DNA of 53,200 nucleotides, the filler included, from Sphacelaria rigidula (Eukaryota): assembly GCA_964200075.2 (NCBI GenBank). It is 4 parts of 4 records of this genome, joined end to end, with 100 filler letters (N's around TTAATTAATTAA, not from the genome) between each part and the next. Parts side by side here need not be neighbours in the genome. Positions count along the whole stretch, not along the records: positions 13,327 to 26,552 come from CAXNAA020003053.1; positions 26,653 to 39,876 come from CAXNAA020003054.1; 2 more parts are not named here. One strand, written 5' to 3'. Position 1 is the stretch's first letter, and each line of letters opens with the position of its first letter. Both the position numbers and the translations under genes were made by a program. This document shows, one piece after another, positions 23,955 to 36,308 of the stretch. Under the pieces are notes generated by a model, which worked only from the letters and a program-made list of their open reading frames with translations, ran no database searches and was not told where the DNA came from.

Positions 23955-24930
23955 TTACGAACGTGTTGTTGAGTGCAGCCGTTGTTACATTATACGACTT
24001 ACCCAAAGCGAGACAGATGAAACGGAAGCACATCCTGCAGGACACTCGCGATAAGGGGAAAAGTAAAAGAGAAGAAGCAACGAGAAAACAGGAAAAGTGG
24101 AGTAAAAACAATAAAAAAGAGACAAAAAACAAGAGAAAACACGGAAACGCCGCAGTAGGATCTATTATAGTACCGATCGCGTGAAAAAATCTAAAAAGCA
24201 AGGTGCCGAGTAGCTTCAGGTTAACCGTTAATGGAAAATGACGATTTACAAACTCCCATATGCGAGCTTTCGTCAACGACAAGACGTCACTTCGATTTCG
24301 GTGCACGAACCTGTCACACTAGTTAGTATACTTGAACTTAGAGTGGTGCACCGATTCGGTGGGCTGCATCATCAACAGTTGCAAAAAACAACCATATCTT
24401 GCCCAAGGAACGTCAATCGTAAATCATCATTTTTCCATCAATGGTTCCAAAAGGGATTAACAGGCCGTGCAAAACACGAGGCGCAGGAAGTAGGCTACGA
24501 CTCAGCTTTGTGCGGACCGCACTGTTTGGGTAGGAATTCTCACCCATCAGGTTTGCAGAGACGAGACGCACTACACTACAAGCCGAGTTGGCCGGAGGGG
24601 GCAAAATACCATTCTGTGAAGACCCCATATGTTGCTAAATGGCCCTGATAATGAATACAAACTGTTATAACCCCTAACAGAAACGGAGTCATGCACACAC
24701 TCTTCTGAAAGACCCGCAAAAGATGACGATACTTGCAGCCTGGCCTTTGGCTCAATCATTTTTATTCGGATTTCCACCTTCACACATTCACCGCTAAAAC
24801 ATAATAGTGTTTTTTTTATATATATGCTGCCCATAGCTCAACCTGAAGGTCCGTTTTATTTGCCACGTAAAGTCCATCGAAAAGCTGCTCATTTGAGTTG
24901 TGGTATTTTTGTTTTTTTGTCATTCCGTAC

Positions 24931-25049
24931 CTGTGTAGCAACTTGTAGTCTCCGGCATCCACAGCTTGGATCAAGGCAGCCTGCGCGCCGGCGTGCCCGG
25001 AGCGCCGGAATATCCCTTCATTTCGAAGTCCTCCCAAGCTCTCTATGGT
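24931..25049 (-). CDS. RhoGAP domain exon (TIESLGGLRNEGIFRRSG...DYKLLH)
   Basis: Arginine-finger motif EGIFR; TTAG acceptor and CAG|GTACG donor. Confidence 0.85.
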
Positions 25050-25126
25050 CTAAGACAGCAACGAATACCGGGAGCATGTATCCCAAGGAGATACCACAGA
25101 AACGGGATACCTGTTACATGTACTCG

Positions 25127-25340
25127 GTATGTGTGTGTTGTCGTTCCATCTGTTCTGGACGCCGGTCTACACATATTGGTATATGTGGGCGCATCACCCG
25201 GGATCACACAGGAGGAACACAGGAGTTTTTTTTCCTTTTTCCTTTTAGTACTCCACCTTCCTTCTGCGGTGCTTGCCTTCATTTTTCATCGCGAGAGGGG
25301 TTCAGCTGTCCCTTTCCCTTGTCGACCGTTAAGTCGAATA
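25127..25340 (-). mobile_element. 5'-truncated copy of SINE family B
   Basis: Reverse complement of about 22590-22810 (GGTCGAC..GGGAAAGGGAC.GCTGAACCCCTCTCGCGAT..AAGGCAAGCACCGCAG). Confidence 0.8.
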
Positions 25341-26141
25341 CCCAATAGTATAAGCAAACCTCATATGAGTCAGCAAACCCCACCTGAAAGCGCCCCCACG
25401 ATACAATGGGAGCACGAACGGTACTCTGCTCCTTCGCGATGCGTGCCGTACGAATCGCCTGTTCGCATTTACCGATTTCTCTCTTTGTGTTTGTCTGCCC
25501 GTCTCTCTATCTCTCTCTCCCTGCCCCTCTCTCCCAGTCTCTCGCAGTCTCTGACTTTGTCTGTCTCTATCTCTGTTCTCTCTCACTCGGGACGGGAAAA
25601 GGATTCCATCCGCAAATATGCTAGACTAGTCGTGAATCTTTGCTCAATGATTGACAGCAAAACCAGATATTTCTATAATCCAACTTGAAATTGACACTGT
25701 CGTTGATTTCAATGAAATCGTGATCGAGGCGCATAACGCTCTTCTTGCATCTGATGGCAAGCACCCGGGAAGTATTTACATACTCTCCCTCGCATCGCTT
25801 CGTCCCCCCCCTTCGCCAACCCCTGCGATCGATTCGGTACTATTCAGACGATCGGTTCACTTGCCTACTCGCCCGTGTATTGAGAGTGTATGGGTGCACA
25901 TCACCATCCGCTGTTCACATGTTCAACGGTGTGTACAGACATGTAAACGACGATTGTTTTGAGTCGTTCGTATATTCTTGTGTACACCTTAGCTCTCACT
26001 GGCTTACTTTTTCAACTCTGCTCTGCGGGGTACCGTTTTTCAAGTTCATGGCGTGTGTATTATTTTCCCCATTATGTCCTGTCTGTTTATGTCACGGCTT
26101 TGTGACCAAAGACGCTAGATTTCTGGAAAAGGGATAATGTG

Positions 26142-26183
26142 AACAACAACAACAGACAACAACAGACAACAACAACAACAACA

Positions 26184-26276
<93 letters not shown>

Positions 26277-26284
26277 CACAACAC

Positions 26285-26317
<33 letters not shown>

Positions 26318-26318
26318 G

Positions 26319-26349
<31 letters not shown>

Positions 26350-26415
26350 CGACAAGAACAGCAACAGACAACAGACAACAATAACAACAACGACAAGAAC
26401 AACAGCAGCAACAGC

Positions 26416-26473
<58 letters not shown>

Positions 26474-26552
26474 GCAACAACAACAACGACAACGACAACG
26501 ACAACAACAACAACAGCAACAACAGCAACAACAACAACAACAACAACAACAA
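26142..26552. repeat. (ACA)n/(ACG)n trinucleotide microsatellite at the contig end
   Basis: About 410 bp of ACA/ACG/GCA triplets; probably the cause of the assembly break. Confidence 0.97.
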
Positions 26553-26652
26553 NNNNNNNNNNNNNNNNNNNNNNNNNNNNNNNNNNNNNNNNNNNNTTAA
26601 TTAATTAANNNNNNNNNNNNNNNNNNNNNNNNNNNNNNNNNNNNNNNNNNNN
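26553..26652. other. Artificial contig linker
   Basis: Same N44-TTAATTAATTAA-N44 structure. Confidence 0.97.
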
Positions 26653-27562
26653 TCCTACTTTTGTGACCGCAATTTTTCTATTTTCCTAATACTCAACCCC
26701 CCCCCCGGGGGGGGGGGGGGGTATAAACCGTTTTCCAGTCTGTAGGGCCCCTTGCCCCCGGGCGCCCAACATGCTGTCAAATTTGAAGAAAAAAAAAGTC
26801 TGAAAGGATGGTGCCGACCTGTTTCTTCGATAAAACGCCGTGTACAAACAACACAGCAGCGTGCCCTACTGCACCAACAGCAAAACATATTCGAAATCAT
26901 ACAGGTGGCAGCGAGGAGCAGGAGGGGGTCGACGTGAGCAGACGATGAACGCCCCCCCCCCGAAAGCACATTATTTAACACGTCAGACTGGTCATTATTT
27001 GTATGAAATGACCCATAGCAGCAGACTCTTGGCTACGTTGGTCAAGAGACAAAAATGTGTCATCACGGGAGTCAGAAAAGCCCAAGCGCAACGTTTACGC
27101 TACTCGGCGTCAAGCGCTATACGGAGCAAAAAATGGAAAAATGGGAGCCAAATGATCCGAATCATGACCCAGATCAGTACACTCGAGAGAGAATGTAATT
27201 TTCGAACGGATCATGATCTGGACCACGTAGGCATTATTACGTTTTGGTGGAAAACCCACCCACAACCACCAAGTCAATTTGTTGCAGCACAGTACAGCAC
27301 ACGGGACAGGAGATCTGGCGACAGCATGCTGCTGTGCACCCATGTGTCGGCGTGTTTTTTTTCGGATTCTTTTCTCTCGACCTGGACCCCTGGAAATTTG
27401 TGGGTAAAAGTGTAACACTACAATAATTTCCACACATTGAAATGCCATTGGTTTTTTACTGATTATAGGACATGGAACTCATTTCAAAGAATGGAGCCAA
27501 CTTTTTGAAAATAACCGGCCAGCGTAAAATCTACCCGTTGCCGTACGGTACCTTAAACTTGC

Positions 27563-27672
27563 CTGTAGCCAATCCTGTCCTTGACAGAGCTGCAGGGCTC
27601 CATAGACTCCAGCTTGGCCAAGATAGTGGCTTCGCATCCCTCCGTGACTCGGTTTAGCCTCACCAACGGTGT
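27563..27672 (-). CDS. cysK: Cysteine synthase exon ([36 protein letters not shown])
   Basis: Contains the PLP-lysine motif SVKDR; GC donor AG|GCAAGT. The remaining exons lie off the contig. Confidence 0.93.
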
Positions 27673-28246
27673 CTAGGAGATCACGCCAGGGGGTGCATTT
27701 TGGGGTGGACGGAGGGGCGGAAGAAGAATTATCGGAGCGCCGTACGAAAGATTCGGCCATGTAAAAGTTGTGCGGAACAATATCATAAGATGAGAGGTGC
27801 GCTTCACGTACACCCGCACACAAAACACACACACGATCATAAATGCATGATATTGTATCACAAGCGACATCGTTCAACGTCGAACTTCGAACTTCCGACC
27901 CCATCCCCACCCTTGGGGTACGAGTCCGTGGTCTTCATATCTCCCCACAGGACATGCCTCCACAGTTTTGTATCGCGGATTGAATGGATCAGAGCACTCC
28001 CGTCTCTTATTTCGTTGACCTCCGCCCCATGGACTCATTTTACTTCTCGAGTCCTCTTGTTTTTGACGACGGAAATGGAATACTTTTCAGAAGTAACACA
28101 TACAATTATGGACGATCGAACGGTGGCGGAGAAAAGTGTGGAAGGCGAGGGTGGGGAGAGGGGACGGCAGTTGTGTGCCAACACCCGTCGTCATTCGAGG
28201 AACGTGGTCTCCACATGTCCACAGGGTCTGTCAGATTAGTCATTAT

Positions 28247-28420
28247 CTAAGCGTAACACTATCCCCAACCCTAACCTCGACCCGATGCCTACGAGAACCC
28301 TTGGGCAAGGGGGGTGCAAAGGTTCTCCCGGGCAAGGTGTGCGTTGGCAAACCCCAAATCGACGCGGCCGGCACCGATTTGGACAAACACACGTTTTGGA
28401 CGGGCTGAGTCCGCTGCTCA
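28247..28420 (-). repeat. Copy of the telomere-like-tailed repeat
   Basis: Reverse complement matches the same blocks; CCCCAACCCTAACC on the + strand. Confidence 0.6.
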
Positions 28421-28623
28421 CCTGCCCCGAACCATAAATTTTCTCTCCAAACGTGTTCTACTCTAAAACCATTAGTCATCCTGTCGACCATACATATTTC
28501 TCAAGGCTGAAGCTCTACCGGAACTTCCCCTCCTCCTGCCCCCCCGCTACACCCTTTTCCCCGAAAAAAACAAGAAATTTAGTGGAAAAAAAACAAACGA
28601 TATCACACACAAGATGAACGTAC

Positions 28624-28772
28624 TCGGCCGATGACCTCCGTGATGTCATTGGCGATGAGGGGCTGCGTAAGCACGTCTGCATCGGCACTCGCAACCATAG
28701 CCATCTCGCGAGGACCAGAAGAGGGCTTGACTCGTGCTCGCAGGGCAGTCGGCGTTGCGACAAACGCGGTGG
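28624..28772 (-). CDS. cysK: Cysteine synthase (O-acetylserine(thiol)lyase) exon with transit peptide (ATAFVATP...PLIANDITEVIGR)
   Basis: TTTGCAG acceptor and CGA|GTACG donor. IANDITEVIG continues into TPLV in the next exon. Confidence 0.82.
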
Positions 28773-29765
28773 CTGCAAAGAACAACCAAGAGATGGGTCG
28801 AGGAGTAGAGGTGGGACAGGGAATATGGTGGGGTCGGGTGTCAAAACAATGTCGCACCACTGGGTGACTGTCGACAGATCTCCACCGATGGAGGGAAACG
28901 CGGCACCGCTGTTTTTGTTCCATGTGTGTTACTACTACAAAACACGTAGCGGATTCACCACACGCAGCTTCAGGTTCAAGAGGGATAGATGCAGACGATG
29001 TTGTTCACGTTTGTGTTCCTCAGCTTCGCGTCTCCGCCCGAACGAACCTTAAGCTTCAACGCAAACGGCTTTTGTACGCATGTATACACGGATACTTTCG
29101 ATACTTCCTTCACCCGACGCATTTCATCCACACCCCCGTGACCGAATCAGTATTCCTGAATTGTTCTCTTTTATTTGCGGGTAGCAAATGTCATGACATC
29201 TTCCATCAATTTTTTGGGGACAAAGATACCAAATTTTTCTCACCGTCACAGTAAAAAATGTGAAATCGTCAACATTGTGCACCGAAGACAGGGTCAGCTG
29301 CACCAACCGCAGGTGGTGGACTTCACACGAATCGCCTTCGTTTTACGCATCGAAATTGGGGATATTGCTGCTGGAAGGATTCGTTCAGTACGGATCAAGG
29401 GTGGTGGACAGTTGTGAACAAACCATGACATTCTGAACAGCGTATTTGAAACAGAGTACGAATCGAAGGTTCCCTACGAATGATGGAAAACGCCTCGCAA
29501 AAGTGGTGTGACCGAAAACTCAGGCTATTTGTTGTAAGGGCGCGATTCTTGTACATTAGATACTAAAATTTACGACGAAAATATCACACCATCTCCTGTG
29601 GCACCTACTGCAATGGATCTGTCCCTGGACTCAACTCGTGCTTTATGCCACGGGGTTGCGGTGGTAGCTGGGAATGGGTTGGATGGAGTTTGCACGGTCC
29701 TGTGCACGGGTGTTATCTGGCGTGGTGATCTGTGAGATAGGAGTCAAGTGCTGCTTCATGCTTTT

Positions 29766-30694
29766 CGGCACTAGGACCACATACAGGGGGCAAGACTTAT
29801 GAGTGGAAAGATTTCTTGACCAATTAGAGTATTCAATTGCACCAAAATGCGGTGACCTTTCAGTTACATTAGAAAAACGGGTGGCATATGAGTCGAAAAG
29901 TAGCCTTGATTGGCCCACACATAGCGCCGCCGCGACATAGACAGCTGCTAACATCCAATCACCGAGGATACAGCAGCTCCGTTCTGGCTCAGTTTGTTTC
30001 CTCCAAACTGCACGCACCCGCCCTGAGTGTCTTCCCCGATCACAGCACCCGACTATAACTGAAGTACCAGAGAAGACGCGACAGCTAGCTGCACAGCCGT
30101 CACGTGCGATTATTCTAGCCTTCATTGTTTCGGCCGCACTTGGATCTCACCCCAATTTTGTGCAGACCAAAACACGGCATGCGCCACCACAACTGTTCGG
30201 GCACTCTCCTCCAGCGCACATCGCACCGTGATCGTCGTAGAGTGTTTAGATGCACAACAGCACAGCGACAACTACAGCATAAAAATGATGGGTTTGGGAA
30301 GCGCCTTGTTCGTTTGACTCGAGACGAAATAGTCAACACACCATGAAGGTTTCAACAGTGTGTAGAGAGCACTGCGTGTCGACATTACCCTTCACAGGGA
30401 CGAACGCAATTACAGTAATAAAGCAACTCAGGCGGTCACTTCCAGCGGAGATCAAACCGTCTTCAAAAAGGCCTCAAGACACCACAGCGCAGCGACAGCT
30501 ACAGCACAAGAAACAGGACAGTCCCATGCGATAGTTCTTCCCCTAATTTCGGATTGGCCTGATTTTTGCCGAGTGGCGGTTTTCAAACGCTGGGCCGTAA
30601 TCGCGCTTCGCGCGAAAATAGTTTCATCCACTTTGAGTTATCTCCGTCTGTGGGAGGTGGACCTGCTTTTCGACCGCATGTTTTCGATCGAAAA
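29766..30694 (+). mobile_element. Second copy of the ~0.9-kb repeat, retaining a TIR-like end
   Basis: Matches 5435-6374. Ends TTTTCGACCGCATGTTTTCGATCGAAAA, similar to the TIR of the MITE at 7962-8110. Confidence 0.8.
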
Positions 30695-30881
30695 TGATTA
30701 GTTTTATCTCAGGTATTCCTTCTGCCCGTGACGCTACTTATGACCTTAAGTGAGAGTCTTCTGGGAAGGTAGATGCCTGGGGGGGCAGTAAACGTGCGAC
30801 AATCAATCAAAGATGCGGCGGACCTATCAGATCGGCAAAAAAAATGCTGAGACCGACTCTAATGGGAGTCGTTCAAAATAT

Positions 30882-31309
30882 CTGTTCAAAACTGCCTTCT
30901 TGGCCCTTCTCCGTCGGTTTCACGCCTGAAAAGAGGGCTTGGCGGATGTTGACACCTTGGAACGACTTGCTCTACTCATGAAGACCGTTCCAGGGCAACT
31001 TTGCATTTCCCGCTGGTCGCACTTTCATTCTTGACCATACGTGGATCTTCAGTAAAAAACGGTCAAGCGATAAAAAAACAGGGGGACATTTTGATCACCT
31101 GACCGTTTTTTACCGAGACTCCGTGTTTGGCCTGATTTGGTCAAAACGAAACTGCGGCCAGCGGGAAATGCATAATTGCCCTACAATAGAACGGTCCCAA
31201 CGAGTAGAGCAAGTCGTTCCGAGGCATCAACATCGGCCTAGCCCTTTTGACGCGCGTAAATCGACGGCGAAGGACCCAAAAGGCCGTTTTCGACAGGAAT
31301 TTTGAACAG
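30882..31309. mobile_element. Near-fully palindromic foldback element (~190-bp arms)
   Basis: GGAACGACTTGCTCTACTC vs GAGTAGAGCAAGTCGTTCC; TGCATTTCCCGCTGG vs CCAGCGGGAAATGCA; CTGTTCAAAA vs TTTTGAACAG. Confidence 0.85.
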
Positions 31310-31673
31310 CTCTTATGACGACTGGAGAGCTGGTCCAAGACACGCCCTGATGAAGGCGAGAATAAGGACAGGTCTCATGCGATACCTGCACTTGAACTGG
31401 GTATCTATACCCCATGGAAAATACTATACATCGAATGTTCTTCCCAAAAATGCCCACGGTCGGAGGAATAATGAATTGTCCGAAAAAAAAGTACTCGATT
31501 GTAGCGTAATTGATTCCCGTTGACTGTACGAATCACTCACTGGGCTTCGTTTTTCAGCATTGCAGGCCAGGTACGCACAACCCAGGCATGTGGGACAGCG
31601 CAAAAGTTGTACAGAGACTTCCTGGTCCTGCGGTCAACGTTCTCATTTCTTTCAAGCAATCAGGGTCCATTGA

Positions 31674-31775
31674 CCCTTGGACCGCGAGGGTATATCACCT
31701 GCTGAATCGGCATCAATATTCACTCGAAAAAAGAATGCGTGATCCAGATGGACCACCCGCACCGCGGTGTTGGGG
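31674..31775. mobile_element. Inverted degenerate copy of the piggyBac-type MITE
   Basis: CCCTTGGACCGCG start; core TGAATCGGCATCA is the reverse complement of the shared core. Confidence 0.7.
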
Positions 31776-34059
31776 CTAAATCATAGATTTGGTCATTCCA
31801 ACCAGCGATGATTCGTCCGTTGCAATAACCCCATCCCCAGGACAGATCGCCTGAAGCCAGGATCCAGCAAACGCCGACGATAGTTGATACAGCGAAGTGC
31901 TGACTTGCCGCCGTGAGGCACTACAGTACGGGGCGAGTGCAAAATGGTTCTGGTACACCAACAATATGAAAGATTCCCAGCTGCGTCAGAAAACCTTCTG
32001 CTGGCTCTTTTCCTGCAGAGGAGTATGGGTACCGACGAGGCCGCGCAGGGCGCTCGCTCTCGGCGAGATAATGAACATCAAAATCACAATCCTTGTTTGT
32101 TTGCGGCGGAGTTCCGCACGTCACTCTTGGTGTTGTAGCTTCCTATCGTCTCTTCGTTCTTGTTTATTCATGACCATTCATTCCATTTCTCTTTACGAGC
32201 CCGCAGATTCTCTGAGGGACCCCACCCAACTCTCCACCGGTACCTGCTTGCCCTACAATTTACTATAGAGCATGCGATCACCACTATCTAGCGCAGCCCG
32301 CCGGCTGCAATCAAATCGATTTTTGTATGAACATCGTCACGCTTTCCACGAGGAAAGACCAAACACATGCACTACAAATAAGGTATATCTTCAACTCGAG
32401 AATACCGGTATGTTTATCGGTAATTTACTGTTGAATATAAAGAAAACCTCGAGTTTGAATCCGCAACGTAGCGAGAGACTAGAACAGATCACCCCGCTGC
32501 AAGTAGCTTTTGACATCATACCACGTTTACCCGCCTGGGCGCCGAAGCTATGGTTTGTCGACCAGTGAACACTAAAAATAGCCAAAAGCCACGAGCTTGA
32601 CCTTTTCCCGCCAGCTAACGCTCTCTGAACGACTCTACTAACCAAACAACTGCCCTTTGTCCCTCTTCCCCCATTCGTGCTCGGCCGCTTCGGATGCCAA
32701 CATTTGCCCCCCCCCTCCTCCCCCCTCCCCCTCCCTCCCCCACGCACGCACACCGTTAATACTGGGGGTTATGTTCCCGCTACTCCCGTGAAAATATCAT
32801 GTATCGGTAACTGTCATGTCTGCGACCCGAGGGCTCACGGATCCCGACAAAGCGGACAAATAGATCTCATACGACGTCTCTCTCTGATATGTATGAAAGC
32901 TGGGGTTGTTGCATGAACTGACCCAAAGATATGGGGGGAGTCGCTAGGGCGCAAGCGACCGCTCGACATAGCAGCTGACAAGTAACTCACCAATGTCTTG
33001 AGATGTGACGGTCTACCCCAAGGCTCACTGATCCAGGGTCAGCGGGTCACGGGATTTAGTACTTCCGTCAGATAGACAGGATGTCGCACTTCCAACCTGT
33101 GTCTGGGGTGTGTGGGCTGAACTGATCCATGAGGGGCGAAAGTCACCTTCACCTACTGTCAACTCATGTCCCATCAGCTGACTCGTAAACGTGAACGTAA
33201 CCGTCACTGTTTTATACTTCAGATAGAATGACATGAATGGCACACGACAAGGACAGTCGGCAAGATTACGTGCGGAGAAACACGCGGGCATCCGGTAGAA
33301 ATTTACTGAAAATACAGGCCCGTCGAACAGATGCGGCGAAATAATCCACTACATCACTTGGCCAGGGAAACAGTGTGCGGAAAATATATGGGAACATCAA
33401 TTGTGCCAACGAGGTGCAAACAGGGCGCCATGTTCCAGCTCCGGAAAATAATTATTTGGGGCACGTGCTGTACGGTTGGTTTGTTTGGGCTTGAGAGAGG
33501 TCCTTGAAGTCGAGCTCACACGGACAAGTCTAGGCAATCTGAGTGAACCCAGAATGTACTCATGCGCCTTTTGCGCCGATTTGAACAAAAACACCGCCGG
33601 CGCACACCAGAGGCACTTCGAGAGAGTTGCCACAAGTTACACGTAGCCCCATTGAAGATCCGAATAGGTGTCCACGCTAAAATCAAGTAACATTAGAGGT
33701 ATCTCAAACTCGTGGTTCCGATATCTTCAACAGTAATTTACGACAGTAGTCACAGATACCAGAAACCTTGAGTTTGAGATTGACATACTGTACTCGGATG
33801 ATTTCACGAAAGATACACTCGACCAAATGGTAATATCTACTGGCGCCTGCCGAAAGATACTTTTCACCAAAGTGTGATATCTGCAACTTGTGTCACCAAG
33901 CGAAAGCCACGTCCGACCAAACGGTAATATCTACTAGTGCGATGGAAGCTGTTGATATCTTATGATCGGTGATCGGAGATGTCAAAATGTTGCTCACTCG
34001 GTCAGTTCAGTTCACACATGGTAGAGCATAGAAATAGAGATACGACCACACAGCTGGGC

Positions 34060-34500
34060 AGATGTGGGTTGTCCAACAGATGTGAACATCCTGGACACAT
34101 CGAAGAAAATTGGGGATATGTTTCTGAGGAGTAACGGAACCCACTGCGGGGTACCTGAAGGCGGGTGCGAGAAAACCGCGAAGAATATACTTCACCAGAG
34201 CAGTCATCATCGGAGCAACCATGAACGGAGCAAACGAGGAATGGTTGGCTTTTTCCTCCGCGAGGCAGGTTTACAAAATGCGCAGTCATCTCACATGGTT
34301 GACGCATTCTTGGTAAACTTCTACTTCGACCTCCGGGGTTGCGTGACGGACGACTCTCTTTTTCCAACTAAAAACGGTGGCAGTTCAACAAACGACAGGC
34401 TGCGACACTCCGAGGGTGAACTCTGAATTCGACCCGAACTCCAACCCAAGGCATATCAAGGACCCTCGGGCAAGACATACGCGTGCCATGTACTTGGCGT
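34060..34500 (+). pseudogene. Possible decayed Ty1/copia gag-protease relic
   Basis: Broken zinc knuckle SNRCEHPGHIEENW (CxxCxxxGHxxxxC), followed in another frame by EEWLAFSSA, resembling the copia protease WLADSGA. Confidence 0.4.
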
Positions 34501-36236
34501 AGTGCGCATTAGCGAAAGTCTGAACCCACGCCTACAGGGCCGATGCGAGCGAGCAAGCAAAGTGCAGATTTGCGGAAAAAAAAGGAGCACTCGAGCCTGT
34601 CAGCCCTCCACAAATGTCACCATGACTAAAAAACCCGTGATTACTGTACTGTCTGTGGTATTGCGACGAAGTTGCAGCAAACCTTGTTGCTCACTTGGTT
34701 TGATGAGATGTACCGATAGGACAGATCGAAAGTCTTCGGCCTGTGCTCACGATTGTGGCACCTTCTTCTCTTCTTCGAGTTGAGTGCCTATTTTGGCGGT
34801 GCTGTACAATACACTCAGTACCCATGCTTTTCCGCGCATACGGCAACTTTTGTACAAACGGGCATCACTTTCAAAAGCACAAGAAATAGAAGTTGCATCA
34901 AGCTGGGATTGCGGTATTGTACACATATCGCTTGCACCTGCCAGCACATACGGCAAGGTGGCTGCGGTACATGGATGTGAGCTGTTGGTTCTCCAACAAT
35001 CTGGACACCGGTCCCTCCATCGGCACGTTGCACTACTATTGTTGTTACAAACAGTACAGTATAACTACCGATGCAGACAAAACTGCCTGCACTGGCTGCG
35101 TTGTGTTCGAGTCAAGATTTTCACGGGGTACAGTCATTGACCATTCAACAGATGTCAGCTCATCCGCTATGCTCACTTCTTCAGGGAACGGCATCGGTTT
35201 TCATGTGCGAGAGTACAGTAGTACAGTCCGACAATTTAGTGGGAAAACAATGTACAGTGAGAATGGATTCCATGAGATCACCCCGGAGTCTGTTGCTTAA
35301 TGGCGATAAGCGCCTGTCAGTAAGCACCAAGACCAGATGTTTTCAGGAAGCAACTGCACATGAGTATAAGCTTTGCCCCAATCTCAGGACTGTGCTCCAA
35401 CTTCGAGGCAACGTGGGGCAGCCCGACAAGCGGCGAAGCACTTCAGGACTGTAATTGTTATCGGACACACAAAGGGGAGAGGAGAGGATGTCGCCAGACA
35501 CGACGATCATGCCTGCCGCTCCAAATGTACCAAAAAGTATCAATCATCCCATAGTAACTGTTGTGCGATACCAGGAGGAGAAAGATCAGCCTGTCTGGAA
35601 CGCAAAAAGTTGGACAGGAAATGTGTGCAAGCATGCATTAGTACAGGAGGGGTACTCGCATGATAGTTCTAATTTCTGCACAGGTGAGCTGCAAGGCGGC
35701 CAAAAAGAGGTTACTGATGGTGCAATAGAGCGAGCGCAAATACACATGAAGAGTAACAGCAACCTTCAAATGGTATTGTTATGTGTAAGTTGTGGGCGCC
35801 TTCATCTTACCTCCTGCCAGCGTCATGCCCAGCCATGCAACGGTCATCATCGGAGACATTGCGCAGACGCTCGATCCAAATCAGTCAAGATGCCAAGCTA
35901 CTACGAGATGTGGATGCCCGGACAGCCTCGAATTTCCTTTTGCCTTCAATTTGGATGCATGATTTTTTGTATTTTTTCGTTAAGTGAACTAGACTAAAGA
36001 TTATGCACACACCCGCGTTACAAGAACAACATGTACTGTTTGGCCGTACTATGTATCTCTACCCGTATGCACCATATAATCATCCTGATAACCACCTATT
36101 TTAATTGAAATATAAATTGGACAGGAGAAGCAGCAGGCAATCGACCCGGAGGATCAGCTATAGATCACTTTCAATGTAAATATTGTTGGCATTAACCAAA
36201 TATATTTCGCACACATATTATTTGGTCATTATTTAG

Positions 36237-36308
36237 GGAGTCAACGTTCTGCGTCGCGGCCAAGGGCAGGTTCAGGCGGTTGATCAGGTGGTGCTGTGTT
36301 ATCTCAAG
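36237..36308 (+). CDS. Tentative upstream exon of the RS-rich gene (ESTFCVAAKGRFRRLIRWCCVIS)
   Basis: TTTAG acceptor and strong AAG|GTAAAG donor; phase 2 fits the exon at 36901. Confidence 0.35.

Noticed and set aside
25384..25425. Upstream RhoGAP exon containing VPFVLPLY
   Set aside because: The motif is suggestive, but no strong donor gives the phase needed for the 25049 acceptor; left uncalled.
26087..26552. Poly-Leu/Val/Cys/Thr/Gln ORFs
   Set aside because: These are translations of an (ACA)n microsatellite.
22906..28772. Cysteine synthase-RhoGAP fusion on the - strand
   Set aside because: The exons lie on different contigs separated by an artificial linker.
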